DNA of 64,000 nucleotides from Camelus dromedarius (Eukaryota), in NCBI RefSeq assembly GCF_036321535.1, contig NC_087436.1:37078001-37142000 (forward strand). The letters run 5' to 3'. The notes beneath the pieces are model-generated. The model was not told the origin of the DNA. It did not search any database and saw nothing but the letters and a program-made list of their open reading frames with translations. Made by a program: the position numbers and the translations under genes. The first letter of the stretch is position 1. Each line of letters begins with the position of its first letter. This document shows positions 51,601 through 64,000 of this stretch, piece by piece.

Positions 51601-52849
51601 CTGGGCTAGTGCTTCTCCAGTTTGCTCCCAACAGCAGAGGAGAGAGAGTGTGTCCCTCAAGAACATGGGCTAGCCTGGACTGGCCCCGTGGGGAGAGCAA
51701 TGCTTCTTTGAGGTCTCAGATTTCATTTCACAAGTTGTGTGGATTTTGCTTTCCATTCCCTAATGCATATCAGTGTTTTTAATGTCAAAAATAGCATTAT
51801 GTAAGGTGACCATGGCTGGGGAATGTGGCATGCTTAACTACCGGTCAGTTTGGGAGCCTGGCTGTGATTTCTGGGAGGGCAGGAAGGGACTGGATGTGCA
51901 GCTTCCTTCAGTGTGGAGAGCTTGTCAATCTGTTTCTCCTTCAGGATTTTTTTGTGCTTAGCTTCTCTGTGCGTGACCCCTATATGCTGCTTAGGTCGTC
52001 TTTCATTCTGCCTGTTGGCCCTTCCTATTTATTTTGGTTAATATTTTAGTTAGTTTTCCAACAAATGTGGTCTGGCCGAAACAGGGCTCAGGTTTTCGCT
52101 TTCAGCAATGCCCTTTCCTCCATTCCTGGGGTCACCACTTACTCTTGCTCCCATGATCACTCCCAGACTCTTCCCTAAGTTCAACCCTTCTGATTAGATA
52201 ACTTGGGTTTATCTTCTTTCTTTCACTCTCTCGTTTTAAGACTGTTCACAGTGACAGATTTTGTTCACTAGATATAATAGCCCCACATCTTTTTCAGGAA
52301 CAGTTTAAAATGATTCCTATAAATACGGACAAGATCATCACAAATCAGTGAAGGAGAAAAGCATAACTCATAAAAATGATACTAGTCATGAAATTTATAA
52401 TAATATTAACAATAATGATGATAATGAGTAAGAGTAGTAAATCTAAGAAGCAGGGGGAATGTTAGTTCATATGGTCTTACTTAAAGTCTCAGCCTTTATT
52501 TTCAGACATCCTTCCTGAATTTTTGCCAGACTCAGAGTGGAAACGCTGCTGGTGACTATAAACACGTTTGGGTGAATTTAGAAGTGCATTGCTATTTCAC
52601 TGTTTTATTTAGAGCTCTCTTTGACTGCCCTCGTTCCCCACCTCCAGATCGTTTATTAAAGTTGAGATGGTCAAATTAGTAAATGACTGACTGCAGGAAG
52701 ATGCTGCTGACTGTTTGGTCAATTTGATCGACACAGGAACTTACCTTCATGTGATTTCTGTATAGGATTAACTCAGGGAGGCTAAACGTTGATTAAAGAT
52801 GTAGGATTCTGGACCCTCATGTTACCATTTCTGGAAGATGGTATCATGT

Positions 52850-53222
52850 CTTCAAAATACTGCCTGCCCCTCTTTAGTGAATTTATTCCTACAGAATCCC
52901 CTCCTGGGGAAGGAGTTGTATTTTCAGGCTTGGCCTCGTAACTTACCATAGCCAATGAGCTGTGAGCGAGAGTGACATGTGCCTCGTTCAAGAAGATGCT
53001 GTGAGAGCCACCCTGTGGTTTTTTTGTTCCTCTTTTCCTCTACCAGAGAACAGCATGCCCCAGTTTGGGGCATCTCCTTTAATCTGGATCCTAGAGACAG
53101 AAAGCATGTTGAGACAGAGCCACAGTGTACCAATATGAGAAACAGATCTTTTTGCTAGCCACTGAGATTCTGAGGTTGTTTATTACAGCAACATAACCTA
53201 GCAATGGCTGTGTGACATACCA
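52850..53222 (+). mobile_element. MLT1 (I/J-like) LTR
   Basis: agccaatgagctgtgagcgagagtgacatgtg...gccactgagattctgaggttgtttattacagcaacataacctagc. Confidence 0.7.
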
Positions 53223-53568
53223 GTGAAATCTTATCCGGCAATTTTAGCTACCCACAAACAATGACAGGTGGTCCTCGACATAGTGTATCTATTGTATCTT
53301 TAATATATTAGTCATACAAGAGCAAATGCAGCTGAGGACCATAGCCTTTGATTATTTTCAGCAAAATCCTTTCTTACATTTTATTTTTTAATAAATAAGG
53401 ACATGGAGAGTCTAATTTTGTGGTACTCTTCCTCTTCCACTAAGAATTTTAGGGAAAACCCATAAATAAGCTCAGTGTCCAGACGTGTAGTATGTTGTCA
53501 AATCAACTGGTTTTCTAGGTACAATTATGAGGTTTCATACAGCAGTCAAGATTCCTTGGTTTCAAGGC

Positions 53569-54665
53569 GTGGTAGGTTGGGTCCCCCTGGAAGAAGAATC
53601 TGAGGTGGAGATTAGTGTGCAAGAAGTTTATTAAGGAGAGCCCTTGGGGTCGATACCTGAGGAAGGGAATTGAAAGGAAGGAGGCATGAATGGGCAGAGA
53701 GGAAAGTCAGGCTGTAATGCATTCTGAACAAAGGACTCAGCCAACCTCACAGGGAGCTCTGAAGCTGGGCTGGCCGCACTCCAGAGTCGCCCCAAGTTGG
53801 GATGGGGATAAGGGGCAGGCAAACCCATGCTACATTAACCAGTCATTGAATGTGGGCTTTCTCAGGGGCATGATCTTGGACAAGGCAACTCTTCTGTGCT
53901 GAGGCAGTTCCCACAGAGTGTTCCCTCTGCTGATTTCCCTCCCAGCTGCTGAGGGGACAGATCCTTTGGTCCCAAAGGGGACCTGGGTGGCACCTCACAG
54001 CTGCCACTAAAGTCCCTTTGTGCTGCTCATAGTCACTGCATCACAAAAGTTCTGGAAGCATGCCTTCCAGGACTTTGCTGGCTACGCTTCCCAGGGAAAC
54101 TTACGAGAGAAAGATAGGTGGGATGTGAACAATGGCCCCTACTGTTGCCAGTGGTCTCACTCCCACATGGTCCAGTCTAGTTTGCCCTTTCTCTCGGCAT
54201 CTCTGCTGGTCTCTGCGGCCTCCGTAGCATCATGCTTTTGCCCCTGGTAACCATGCCCTTCTCAGGCTGAGGCTCGTATATTTGTCCATTTACCATCAAA
54301 ACTGAGAACAGAGTGTACCTAAATGAATCACCAAGTGTCAACACATTCTTCCTGGCGCCCATTGCGTAACAGTAGCTGTTTCCTCCTCCTGATAATGCGG
54401 GTCCGTTATCCCAGCTAGGCTGATGCTCCGTTCATGTCTGCTGGTCTAAAGGAGTCTGCAGTGCCCAGGTGACAGCTGTAGCTTATGGGGTTCTTGCTGT
54501 GTCCCCTGAGGAAACTGTTTCCCCTTTGTGAACCATGGTCTCTAAACCCACAGAACCCAGAGTTGACAGGACAGCAAGCACAAATTCTGGAGATCTTGTT
54601 AAGTATCTGTGGGGCAACCACTGCAGCCCCTGGTCCAATGCAGGAGTCTGTGCTGGCAGCACCAC
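53569..54665 (-). mobile_element. LTR16-like ERVL LTR followed by degraded ERVL internal sequence
   Basis: gtaggttgggtccccctggaagaagaatctgaggtggagattagtgtgcaagaagtttatta is the LTR16-type end. Confidence 0.55.
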
Positions 54666-54699
54666 AACATTAAAAGTATAAAGAAGAATAAAAAAAAAA

Positions 54700-55300
54700 T
54701 GGGGAGTCTCTTTGAATTGTATGATGTGGCAGTAGTGGGTGAGTCAAATTCTTACTGCATTTTGAGGTGGAGGCAAGCAGATTTGCTAATACAGAACGTG
54801 AGAGGAAGAGAGGTGGGAGGGACGCTCCAAGGATTTTGGCCTGAGCACCTGGGAAGTGGTGGTTGGAGACAGTGTTAGGAGCAGGCTGGGAGTGGGGGCA
54901 ATAATGGGAACTCACCTGCGGACACACTAAGCTTGAGATGCCTGTTAGACAGGCGTGAGCCTGAGAACCATGGGAGGGTTCAGAGTTACGCATTTGGGAA
55001 TCATTAACATATAGATGGCATTAGAAGCCATGAGGATAAATGAGATGGCTTAGTAAGTGTCGTAAGAAAGAGTGAGATGGCTTAGGATCAAGTGTGGGGA
55101 GGGAAAAGAGACTGAACTGATGCATTCGGTTCCAAAGATGGAACCGATTGCACTCCACGGTCTGAGTGTTGGGACATGAGGAAGAGCCAGGGGAAGAGAT
55201 GGTGGAGGAGCAGTCAGAGAGGTGGGAGAGATCCAGGCCAGAGAGCTATCCTGAAAGCCAAGTGGCAAAAGTGCGTCAAGAAGAGACACGGAAGGAATGA
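54700..55300 (-). mobile_element. L2 fragment
   Basis: attttgaggtggaggcaagcagatttgc...aaggattttggcctgagcacctggg...ttgagatgcctgttagac...catttgggaatcattaacatatagatgg. Confidence 0.75.
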
Positions 55301-55611
55301 AGCAGCCTGGCAGACGATCTGAGGGATCTTCACCAGAGCTGGTTCCCTGAACTATTTGAATCAGATCCACGTTAATTAGTATCTAGGCTTATGCCAGTGG
55401 AGTCTCACAGAACATGCACTCTCACATCCCTTTGGAACACTGACAATAAGGTCCAGCTCATCATTTTCAAAGCAAGCCTGGTGCCCTAGCCAAAGGACTC
55501 AAGGTTATAGAAGATATCTCAAAGCATCCAATCAGGACTATAGATCTTTCATTTCTATCTTTCTGAAAGCACCTATTTTAACAAGTTGTTTCTGGACTCT
55601 TGCCTGGAAAG

Positions 55612-55613
<2 letters not shown>

Positions 55614-55651
<38 letters not shown>
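55614..55651 (+). repeat. Pure poly(A) tract, 38 nt
   Basis: Directly visible. Confidence 0.95.
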
Positions 55652-55659
<8 letters not shown>

Positions 55660-56974
55660 AGCTGTCTTGTCTTAAGCCCACAGCCTAGCACAGAGCATGA
55701 GAAGAATGTGTGACTGGGCATTGCTGGGCTCACGTTGTGGCTCTGCTAAAGCCGTGCTCAGAAGCAGCAGCAGCAAATCAAAACAACCTGGAAATTCCAT
55801 CTGTTGCCAGTTGACTTTGAGAATGTGTTTGTTTTCTTAAATAAGACTTTTGAGGGGAGGGTAGCAGCAATAGGAATTTTAAGATATTTTCAGAAGACAA
55901 AAGGATTGACATATTTTGTTATTAGTAACGTCAAGCAGAAATGTGAAATCACTTTTTAAAAAATGTAGTGAAAACTACTCTTTTCTTGATAGGTATACAG
56001 TATTTGGGGACAATATGGGTCAGTCCTCTTCTCAAATGTTCTTCCTGAATTGCAGTATCATTACAAATTCTGCCTGATTTCACTCACTTCAAATATATTC
56101 TAAGGCAGGGAAATGGGGAGAAGGAGTTGAATAAATGAATAGTCAAAGCAATTGAAAGTAATTCAATCTTTCCCTTTTCATAGGAGATAATATTTTTTAA
56201 AGGTTTAATGCTATTTCATTTCAAATTTAAATGTCAGTCACAGGATAGCAATTGGAAAATTGGTACCTCTGAGCAAATTATTTTTAAAGTTAAAGGAGAC
56301 AAAATTTTGAGGGTTTTTCTTTTTTTGCTTTTGATTAATTTCTTATGAATAAGCATCTTTGTGAAGCAACTATCATTTATTTCTAATATGTTTTGGTTAG
56401 ATATTTATGAAAATTAAAGGTAATGAATTTCTTCTAACTCTGGGTTTAAACAATACCAGCAGTAACTCAGTGGGACTAGATTGTTGCCCCAGCCTGCACG
56501 TTATTGGCCCCGAGTCCCTTCCGGAGCTTACTCTATTGTCTCAGCGAGTCTCTGGATGGAGGTAACGGTTCTTCTTTTGCCCCGTGAGAAACCACTTGGG
56601 GGCGACATCTCACCGCACTCCCAGCTGCCTGTGTGTGCTGCCAAAGTGGTGGGTCTCTGAAGTACCAAACCTTGGTTTAGAAATTGGGAGAAGGCAGCTG
56701 CCTGCTGAACTGTTTCTTTTCTGCCATCTCTGCCCTGAGGCAGCTCTGCCTCCCTGTGAAAACAGTCCCTTCACCTGCTGCTTGAGGCTTCTTTCTCTAG
56801 AGCAGGATTTTTCCAAACGTGAGCTGGTGGTTTATGAAACCAATTGAGTGAAGAGGGAGTTATTAATAATCACACGGGGATAACAGGCATAAACTGGGAC
56901 TGTCCTGGACAAACTGAGACATGTGTTCACCGGCTGGTTCAAGATTGGCATTAAAGAAAACGAAATGGAATCAC

Positions 56975-57193
56975 ATACTAGCTACTACTAGCTACTGTAT
57001 ATGAAATAGATAAGCAACAAGGTCCTACTGCATAGCACAGGGAATTACATTCAATACCTTGTAATGGCCTATAATAAAAAATATGAAAAGGAATAGATAT
57101 ATATGTATAAATGAATCACTATGCTGTATGCCAGAAATTAACACAACATTGTAAATTGATTATACTTCAATCAAAAAAAAAAAAAAAAAAAAA
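56975..57193 (+). mobile_element. L1 3'-end fragment with poly(A)
   Basis: aaatagataagcaacaaggtcctactgcatagcacagggaa...acaacattgtaaattgattatacttcaat followed by an A-tail. Confidence 0.88.
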
Positions 57194-58335
57194 GAACAGA
57201 AAATACCAGCATGTCACATATAGAAAGTGTGAATGGAGTTATGAGACATTTGCTGGGAGCAGGTAAAGCACACTTTTTCTGGAGTCAAGGACAAAAACAG
57301 TTGAAAGTCATCACTCGGCAGAGCTGAGCCTAGACTGCAGAGGGGCCTGGGGAAGGCCATTGCGCTTTCCTTTCAGGTTGCCCTACCCCAGCCTCCTTTT
57401 GCCCTGAGGCTCTCAAACAGTGCAACTCTTACAGCTGAACTGCTCCCACCTGAACCCAGCACTGGGCCTAGATTAAGCTACGTTTCCAGGAACATCATGT
57501 CTTTGCTGATAGGATAACACTCTTCTTGTCTGGAATCATTGAGGAATATTAGTGGTTCATCTCTCATAAGGGTGTCTAAATGCGGACTTTCATGGAATAG
57601 AAGCTGATATAAATATATTTTTAACTCTGCAAGCTCCTTAAGGGCAAGAGCCTTCTGAGGAAGCACCATTAAACCAGAGTCGAAGCCCTCAGTAACTGCT
57701 TACTGACCTCTGCTGCTCTGAGGACTGGGGTTTCCGGTGAAAACTGACAGGCGTTGCAACAGCCTTCTCTGTGGAGTGGCCTTGGTATTTTCTCTCATCA
57801 CAAGGGTAAGTCTCCAGCAGGAGAAAATGTACACTCTGAAAACAATGCTGCACTGGGGGAGGATTTAGTTATAGGGGTCACACAGAGCGGTTGGCGCAGT
57901 GCTGGGTACTTAACCGGGTAAGCGCTCAGTCACATCGACTGTTGCTGTTATTAAGTAAACAGAGTAAAGGCAGAACAACACAGAGCAAAAAATTGTTGGC
58001 TCTTGTGTCACTTCCCAGGAGGAGGCAGGGCCTTTAACTGGTAGCCTGGCGGTTCTGTTTATGAGGGACTCCATTAGTGCGGTGACGTTTAAGTAATGCC
58101 ATCAGCCCTCAGGACCTCTGACCCGCCCGCTGTTGTGCGGCCGTCTTCTCTGCGCTCTCTCTGTACCCAGGTAACGCAGAGCAGGCTTTCTGCCAGGCTG
58201 TGGAGCAGGCAGGGACTCAGGAGTTCCGGCGCTGATTCCTCTGAGATGGAAATGTCTGTGGTTTGGTTCAGGGGGCTCTTGCCCTGGAATTTGCTGGCAG
58301 TCTGGGAGAGAATTGTGGTTTCCCAAGCAGATAAG

Positions 58336-58559
58336 CAGGGGTTCTCAACCTGGGCACCACTGACGTTTGGAGCAGGATGCTTCTCTGTTGTGGGGTTGGC
58401 CTGTGCACTGGAGGACGGCTGGCTGCATCTTTGGCCTCTGTTCACTAGATTCTGGTAGCATCCCTGCCATCCTGACCCCCAAGCTGTAACAAACAAAAAT
58501 GTTTTCAGATATTACCTAATGTCCCCTGGGTTCAAAATAGCCCCAGGCGTGAACCACTG
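58336..58559. mobile_element. MER20 hAT-Charlie DNA transposon fossil
   Basis: TIRs caggggttctcaac / gtgaaccactg, and internal caaacaaaaatgttttcagatattacctaatgtcccctggg. Confidence 0.85.
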
Positions 58560-59532
58560 AGATAGATTAAGGACAAAGGGCAAGGTAATAGTCCTAAATA
58601 CACCAGAATTAAGTGACTTTTCATTCGTTTATTTATACACACACACACACAAACAAGTAGACTTACAGAGTAGACATGTTTAAAGGATAATTTGCAAGTT
58701 TTATTAGTATTGTGTCATGAATAATTTAAATGTCTCGCCTTTTCAAATGTGGCATCAATCAAGACCTCCTTCCTCCACATTTTGCATATGACTGGCCTTC
58801 TGCTCTCCGTGCAGTTCTGGTTCTGGGCAAACTCCTACTCACCCTCCAACACCCAGCTCAACTGTCACATCCTTTTGAAGAGTTCCACGTGTCCCAGTGG
58901 TATTTTATGTGAATCTTCTACAGCACTTTTACATTTTAATTATTCACAGGCCTGTCTCCCCAACAAAGGCTGGAACTGTCTTCTTCACTTTTCCGCTTCC
59001 AGCCCTTAGCTCAGTGCCTGTCACAAAGATTTCCACAGTAAATGGCTAAGAGCTAGTGTCAGGCAGTGTGGAAGATTAAAGTCTGAGTTATAGTCCTGCT
59101 CTGCTCCTGATTAAACACAGGACTTTAGACAAGGCATGTGGCTCTCAAAAATACAGCTTCTTCACCCATACAATGGAGATAATAGTATTTACAACTAGAT
59201 GGTTATAGTGATCAAAAAACAGTGCTGTGATTTAACAACACCCAGTAGCATTAGTGGCTCTTTGGGAACGCACCGTGGCAGATAATGGGCTAGAATATAT
59301 GAAGTCCAGACCTTTCAGCACGTTGCTGTGATTCATCTGCTCTCTGCATCTTCCACTGGGAGGGAACCAGGAACAGAAAGATCCTGGACCCCGGGGCCAG
59401 ATGATCCACTTGTGAAGGTATCATCTTTAGTAAGTTGTTAAACCTCTCCAAGCCTCGTTTTTCTCACCTTTTAAAAATGTACATAATAATAACAATACCT
59501 CATAATTGTTTTGAAAGTGGAAAGAGGTCACA

Positions 59533-59850
59533 TGCAATGGATTTTTAGGACAGTGACACTACCATGGGTGATACTATAATGATGGATACATGTCATTATA
59601 CATTTGTCCAAACCCACAGAATGTACAACACCCACAGGGAACTCAGATGTAAACTATGGGCTTTGGGTGTTGTGACGTGCTGGTGTAGGTTCATCATCTG
59701 TAACAAATGTACCACTCTGGTGGGCAATGTTGATAAAGAGGGAAGCTGCGCATGTGTGGGGGCAGGGGGTATATGAGATATCTCTCTAACTTCCCCTCAA
59801 TTATGTTGTGAAGCTAAAACTGTTGCAGAAAATAAACTCTACTAAAAAAA
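59533..59850 (+). mobile_element. Old L1 3'UTR fragment inserted into a MIR (MIR halves ~59400-59520 and ~59863-59920)
   Basis: Perfect 12-bp TSD AAAGAGGTCACA at 59521-59532 and 59851-59862, AATAAA and A-tail. Confidence 0.85.
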
Positions 59851-60069
59851 AAAGAGGTCACAAATATAAAACGTAATACACGCCTGGCTCATAGGAGGTA
59901 CTTGCCCAATATTAGCTGTGTTTTGTTCACAGGTGACAGCACACTTCAAACGTCACTCAGCTGTCTGTCCACCATGTGGGATATATCTGATTTGCTGCCT
60001 TACTATTGAAGGCTCCGTGAACCCATGTCAGAAATTCTTCCAGTATTAATAGGGGTGTCATTATTGTCT

Positions 60070-60310
60070 AGTAATAATAGTCGTGTTAACAACAACATCA
60101 ACCACAGGTACTAAACCTTAGTGTGCCTGCATTTTCTACATCCTTCCTGTGCACTAACACAACAGCCCTAGGAAGGAAGTTCTATTATTAACCCCACTTA
60201 ACAGATTAACTGAGGCACAGATGAGTTAATTGTGCCATGTCACACAGGTGAAAAGTGGGGGAACCAGCACTGAAAGCCACAGACATCTGCCACTGGGGCA
60301 CATCTTTTTA
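60070..60310 (-). mobile_element. MIR SINE
   Basis: cacaacagccctaggaagg...tattattaaccccacttaacagattaactgaggcacaga...tgtcacacag. Confidence 0.7.
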
Positions 60311-61959
60311 ACCACTGGGCTTCCCTGATGGCCGTTCAATGTTTTGTTCACTCGCTTAACAAACACACATTGTACAGTTACTTTGCTCTGGGCACTGAAA
60401 CTCTGAAGATAAGTAAGACCAAACTTCCAGTCCTCAAAGAGTTCACAGTCTCGGATGCAGGACAGATGTGTAAACAAATGATTTCCATGGACCGTGATAG
60501 GAACAGCAGAGGCCGATGTTATGTGCAGGGACATGTCCTCCTGAGAAAGGGGCCCCTTGAGCGCATGAGACAGATGAACAGCCCGCCACAGCAGTGACTA
60601 TCTGGCAGCTGACGGGGCTGATCAGATGCAGGTAACCCCTGATAAACTTAGTCTGAAACCTACTTAGAGATAACGGAGCATGTCATTTAGTCAGTGAATC
60701 CATTGTTTTACTACCTGGGTTATCGTCTTTGGGGAAAAGAACAGTAATAAAGTATCATGTGACTTACAAGTTAGACAGTTGCTTCTAGGTGTTCTCATTA
60801 TCAATAAAACTGATAAAATGTGAAGCAGACACACAACTGGTTCTATGAAAATGGAAAAGTGCTGTGCTTTGATGTTTATGCTCTGTTTATGTTCTATGAT
60901 TGTGTTTTCCTTATGAGGCTGCAAGATGGTGGTCTCAAGCTTTGTTCTGAGCAGGAGGAAAATGGAAACATTTCAGATCACGTCTTTCCTCTGAGTGCTA
61001 GTTTTCTGTGTTGTCAGGGAAAAGGAGCGATGGCAGGCCTCCTCAGGAAGGCTGAGCGCGTGTTGTGCTCTTCTTATTTTCACTGGTGGCCTGGAAAAGA
61101 ACTGTGGTCTTGGAGAAAAAGCTGTCATTCCAGGAACCCCCGTCTATAGTGCATTGTGGCTTTCAGCAATATGTCACTTAAGGGATGGACAACCCGCACG
61201 CACACTCAGGGCCTGTGGGTTCCCAAAGTGAGCGGAGACAGGAGCTCCCCTAGTCTGCAGTGTTGCAGTTTGGCCAAAGACGCCTTTTCCCGCCAAAAAA
61301 GGTTGTGAATTTAAGGGAGACTTCTTACTTCGATCTTCTACGGAGTTGGGCTAAAATGGAAGGAGATGCGAGCATTTAAAAAAGCCAATATGAGCTAATT
61401 CCAAGCATAAATAAATGGCCTGCATTATGAAACAATGTCCTGTGTTGTGAAAGGAGCTATTATACACGGATGTGATGCCGAGACTGGAAAGAGGAGGGGC
61501 TGTTCCGGGGGACAAGAGGACTGCTGAGGGGGGACAATATGCGGAGCTGATGCTTTTTCTTGTAGTCATAGACTCTTAGCCTTGCAGAGGGCTTTAAATA
61601 ATCTGGTTCAGTGCCTCACAGCCTTTTCTTTTTGATCTGCCCCAAATACTTGACAGACACAAAATATTTGTATTAGAAACCGTTGCCGGGCTGGGTATCA
61701 GAAACTGGGTGGGGGTGGGGTTGTTGGCAGGAAAGGATGAGGTGACAAGGGAGGCAAGGCAGATTTAGAAACAAACCAACCAGGCGAGTGGGAACGTGCC
61801 TCCTCAGCCTCCCGGGAGCCCCCACCGCTCCCGGGAGCCCCTCTCCTTTGGGACGTCTGTGACTGTTGCTACCCCCCGCCCCCCACCAAAGGTTACACTG
61901 GTTCATATGTAGTCCACTCCTACGTATCTTTTGACCCAGCGTGCTCTGAAATTTCCCGT

Positions 61960-62830
61960 GCTGTCAACATGACTTACAGCTGTTGATGTTAATCTTGCTC
62001 ACTTAAGTGAGGTGGTATTTGTCAAGTTTCTTCACCATAAGGTTATTCTTTTTGCCCCCTTTCTGTGCTGTACTCTTTGGAAAGAAGTCGCTACTTGTAG
62101 CCCACACTTAAGGGATAAGCGTTTATGCTCCACCTCCTATGATCCATTTGGAGTTAATTTTTGTGAAATCTATAATGTGTCTAGTTTTATTTAATTGTTT
62201 GCCTGTGGATGTTCAATTTTTGCAGCACTGTTTAAACAATCCTTTGAGTTGCCTTTGTGCCTTTGTGAAAATCAGTTGACTTTATTTGTGTGGGCAATTC
62301 ATGTGACATTGAAGGTACACTTGAGAGTGATTCTTGAGGAAATTAGTTGACTTTAATTTTATTTCCACTAGTCTGTGTAATTTAATTTTATTAAAGTCTT
62401 TTATCTCCATATAAGTAGCTATTATCTTAGCCTTTGAAAGTGGCATCTCTTTTTAAAATTAAATTAAATTAAATTAAATTAAATTTATTTTCAGTATTTA
62501 CACTTTATTCATATTTTAACACCTTTCTTGTGGTATGATTCCTGTACAGTAAACTACACATATTTCAGGTGTACAATTTGATGAATTTTAGTAGATATGT
62601 CTACCAATGAAACCAATCAAGACAGCTAACATTTCCATCACCCCCCAAGAGGTGCAAATTTCTCATTCCTGATTTATCCCTTACCTCCCCCTTCTCGCTT
62701 CTCCCCCCAACTTCATAACCATAAGTTTGTTCTCTATGTCTGAGTCAGTTTCTGTTTTGTAGATAAATTCATTTATGTCCTTTTTTTTAGATTCCACATA
62801 TAAGCGATATCACATGGTATTTTTCTCTCT
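61960..62830 (-). mobile_element. L1 fragments of different ages
   Basis: ttgcctttgtgcctttgtgaaaatcagttgac; gtgtacaatttgatgaatttt; ttttagattccacatataagcgatatcacatggtattt. Confidence 0.65.
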
Positions 62831-63889
62831 GAAAATGGCGTCTCTAAATAAGGAACAAAAAACTTCCATTTCAATTTCCTTTTCTTACCTTAACAGGTAA
62901 GATTAATAGAAAGGGAATTTAGAAACCCGCCACTCTAACAATATTGTTTCTCCTGTGAGAAAAGGCAAGATGCCTGTGAATGACTCACTCAACGTCAAAC
63001 AGCTGGTAAGTGGTAAGGCCACAAGCCAATGATCAATGATTCATCAAGGACTCCAGTCCGACCTGGCACCCTACGTGGTCTCCTCGTTTAAAGACGCTTC
63101 TGCCTTTTCAGATCTTTCTCTCCAGTCACACTCATTCATAAACATACATACTTCTCAGGTGACTGAGTAAACACATCATCCACAAGTCTGGCCAGAAAGC
63201 TAGCCCGGGGGAAATCCTTCTGAGAAGATAACTTACAGCAAAGCACTAATGAGGCAAACTCATTAGTTTTTGCATCCAGGAGACAACTGGCTTATTTTTG
63301 ATTTGTAGACAAATGGTACCTGTGAAACCTCTTAACAAGCTTGGAGAGGTTTGCTTCTGGTTACAGAAAGAACTCAGTGAGAAGATGCTGGAGTTTATAT
63401 GTACAATGCACTACTGCTATGGAAAAATATAGCTCAGTGGGCATGCCCTATTAATACTGAGTTATGAAGAAAATTTTCATATGAGAAAAACAATAGTGCA
63501 CCTAACTTTGTGGGTGGGCATTATGTTAGGTGATTGCTTTGTTCACAAGTAGACATATGAAGAGATGATGAACCTCAATAAATGGGGAGAGAAGATTTTA
63601 ACTATAAACTTGCACAGAATTTCTTAAATATATTAAATAGGTTTGTAAATCTATGAATATTTAGGTTTGTATGCTAAACAATTAGATCACAAGGCGCTTG
63701 CAAGTCTTTCATGCATCATCCAAAGCAGCAAAAATGATCTTGGACAGTGAGTTGAGGGGTTAATTTTATTCTTTTCTTAGACTTTATTCAGATCCACTGC
63801 CATAACCATCTTGCCAATTCTTTAAAAATACATTTGATTTAAAAATTTTCTCCATTATTGCAAAGTCAAATAATTGTATTAATTATAAA

Positions 63890-64000
63890 AGTCATCATTT
63901 GTTAAGCACCTACTGTGTGCCTGATACTATCGTAAACAAATTTATGCTTATTACTCTCATGCAGTCTTCACCTCAGTTCTATGGGGTGGGTTACAGTATT
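63890..64000 (-). mobile_element. MIR fragment cut by the window end
   Basis: catttgttaagcacctactgtgtgcctgatact...tcttcac...ctatggggtggg. Confidence 0.65.

Noticed and set aside
48700..64000. Exons of a neighbouring gene such as ANXA5
   Set aside because: No ORF segment resembling annexin or any other known protein and no second CpG island. The neighbour probably lies beyond the window.

Overview
Mammalian genomic DNA, most likely camelid (alpaca, llama or camel), inferred from the tRNA-Ala-derived Vic-1-type SINEs and the L1 3' ends. Much of the window is interspersed repeat: a young, nearly intact L1 at 1-5370, older L1/L2/MIR/MaLR/hAT fossils and several solo LTRs. Only one host gene is supported: SMIM43 (NEMEP; the locus called TMEM155 in human). 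It is a 63-aa single-pass micropeptide (27269-27460, +) in a CpG island, followed by several predicted non-coding spliced exons ending near an AATAAA at 34323. These exons carry a recognisable but broken copy of the old human 130-aa 'TMEM155' ORF (GTG in place of ATG, plus a frame mismatch at a splice junction). The most unusual mobile structure is a ~3 kb, TSD-bounded, ORF1-only (HAL1-like) composite L1 insertion with an apparent 3' transduction (9676-12657). A sense-oriented solo LTR with five CCAAT boxes and an octamer lies ~8 kb upstream of SMIM43. Repeat family names and human/mouse comparisons come from memory of consensus sequences, not from a database search, and boundaries of old repeats are approximate.
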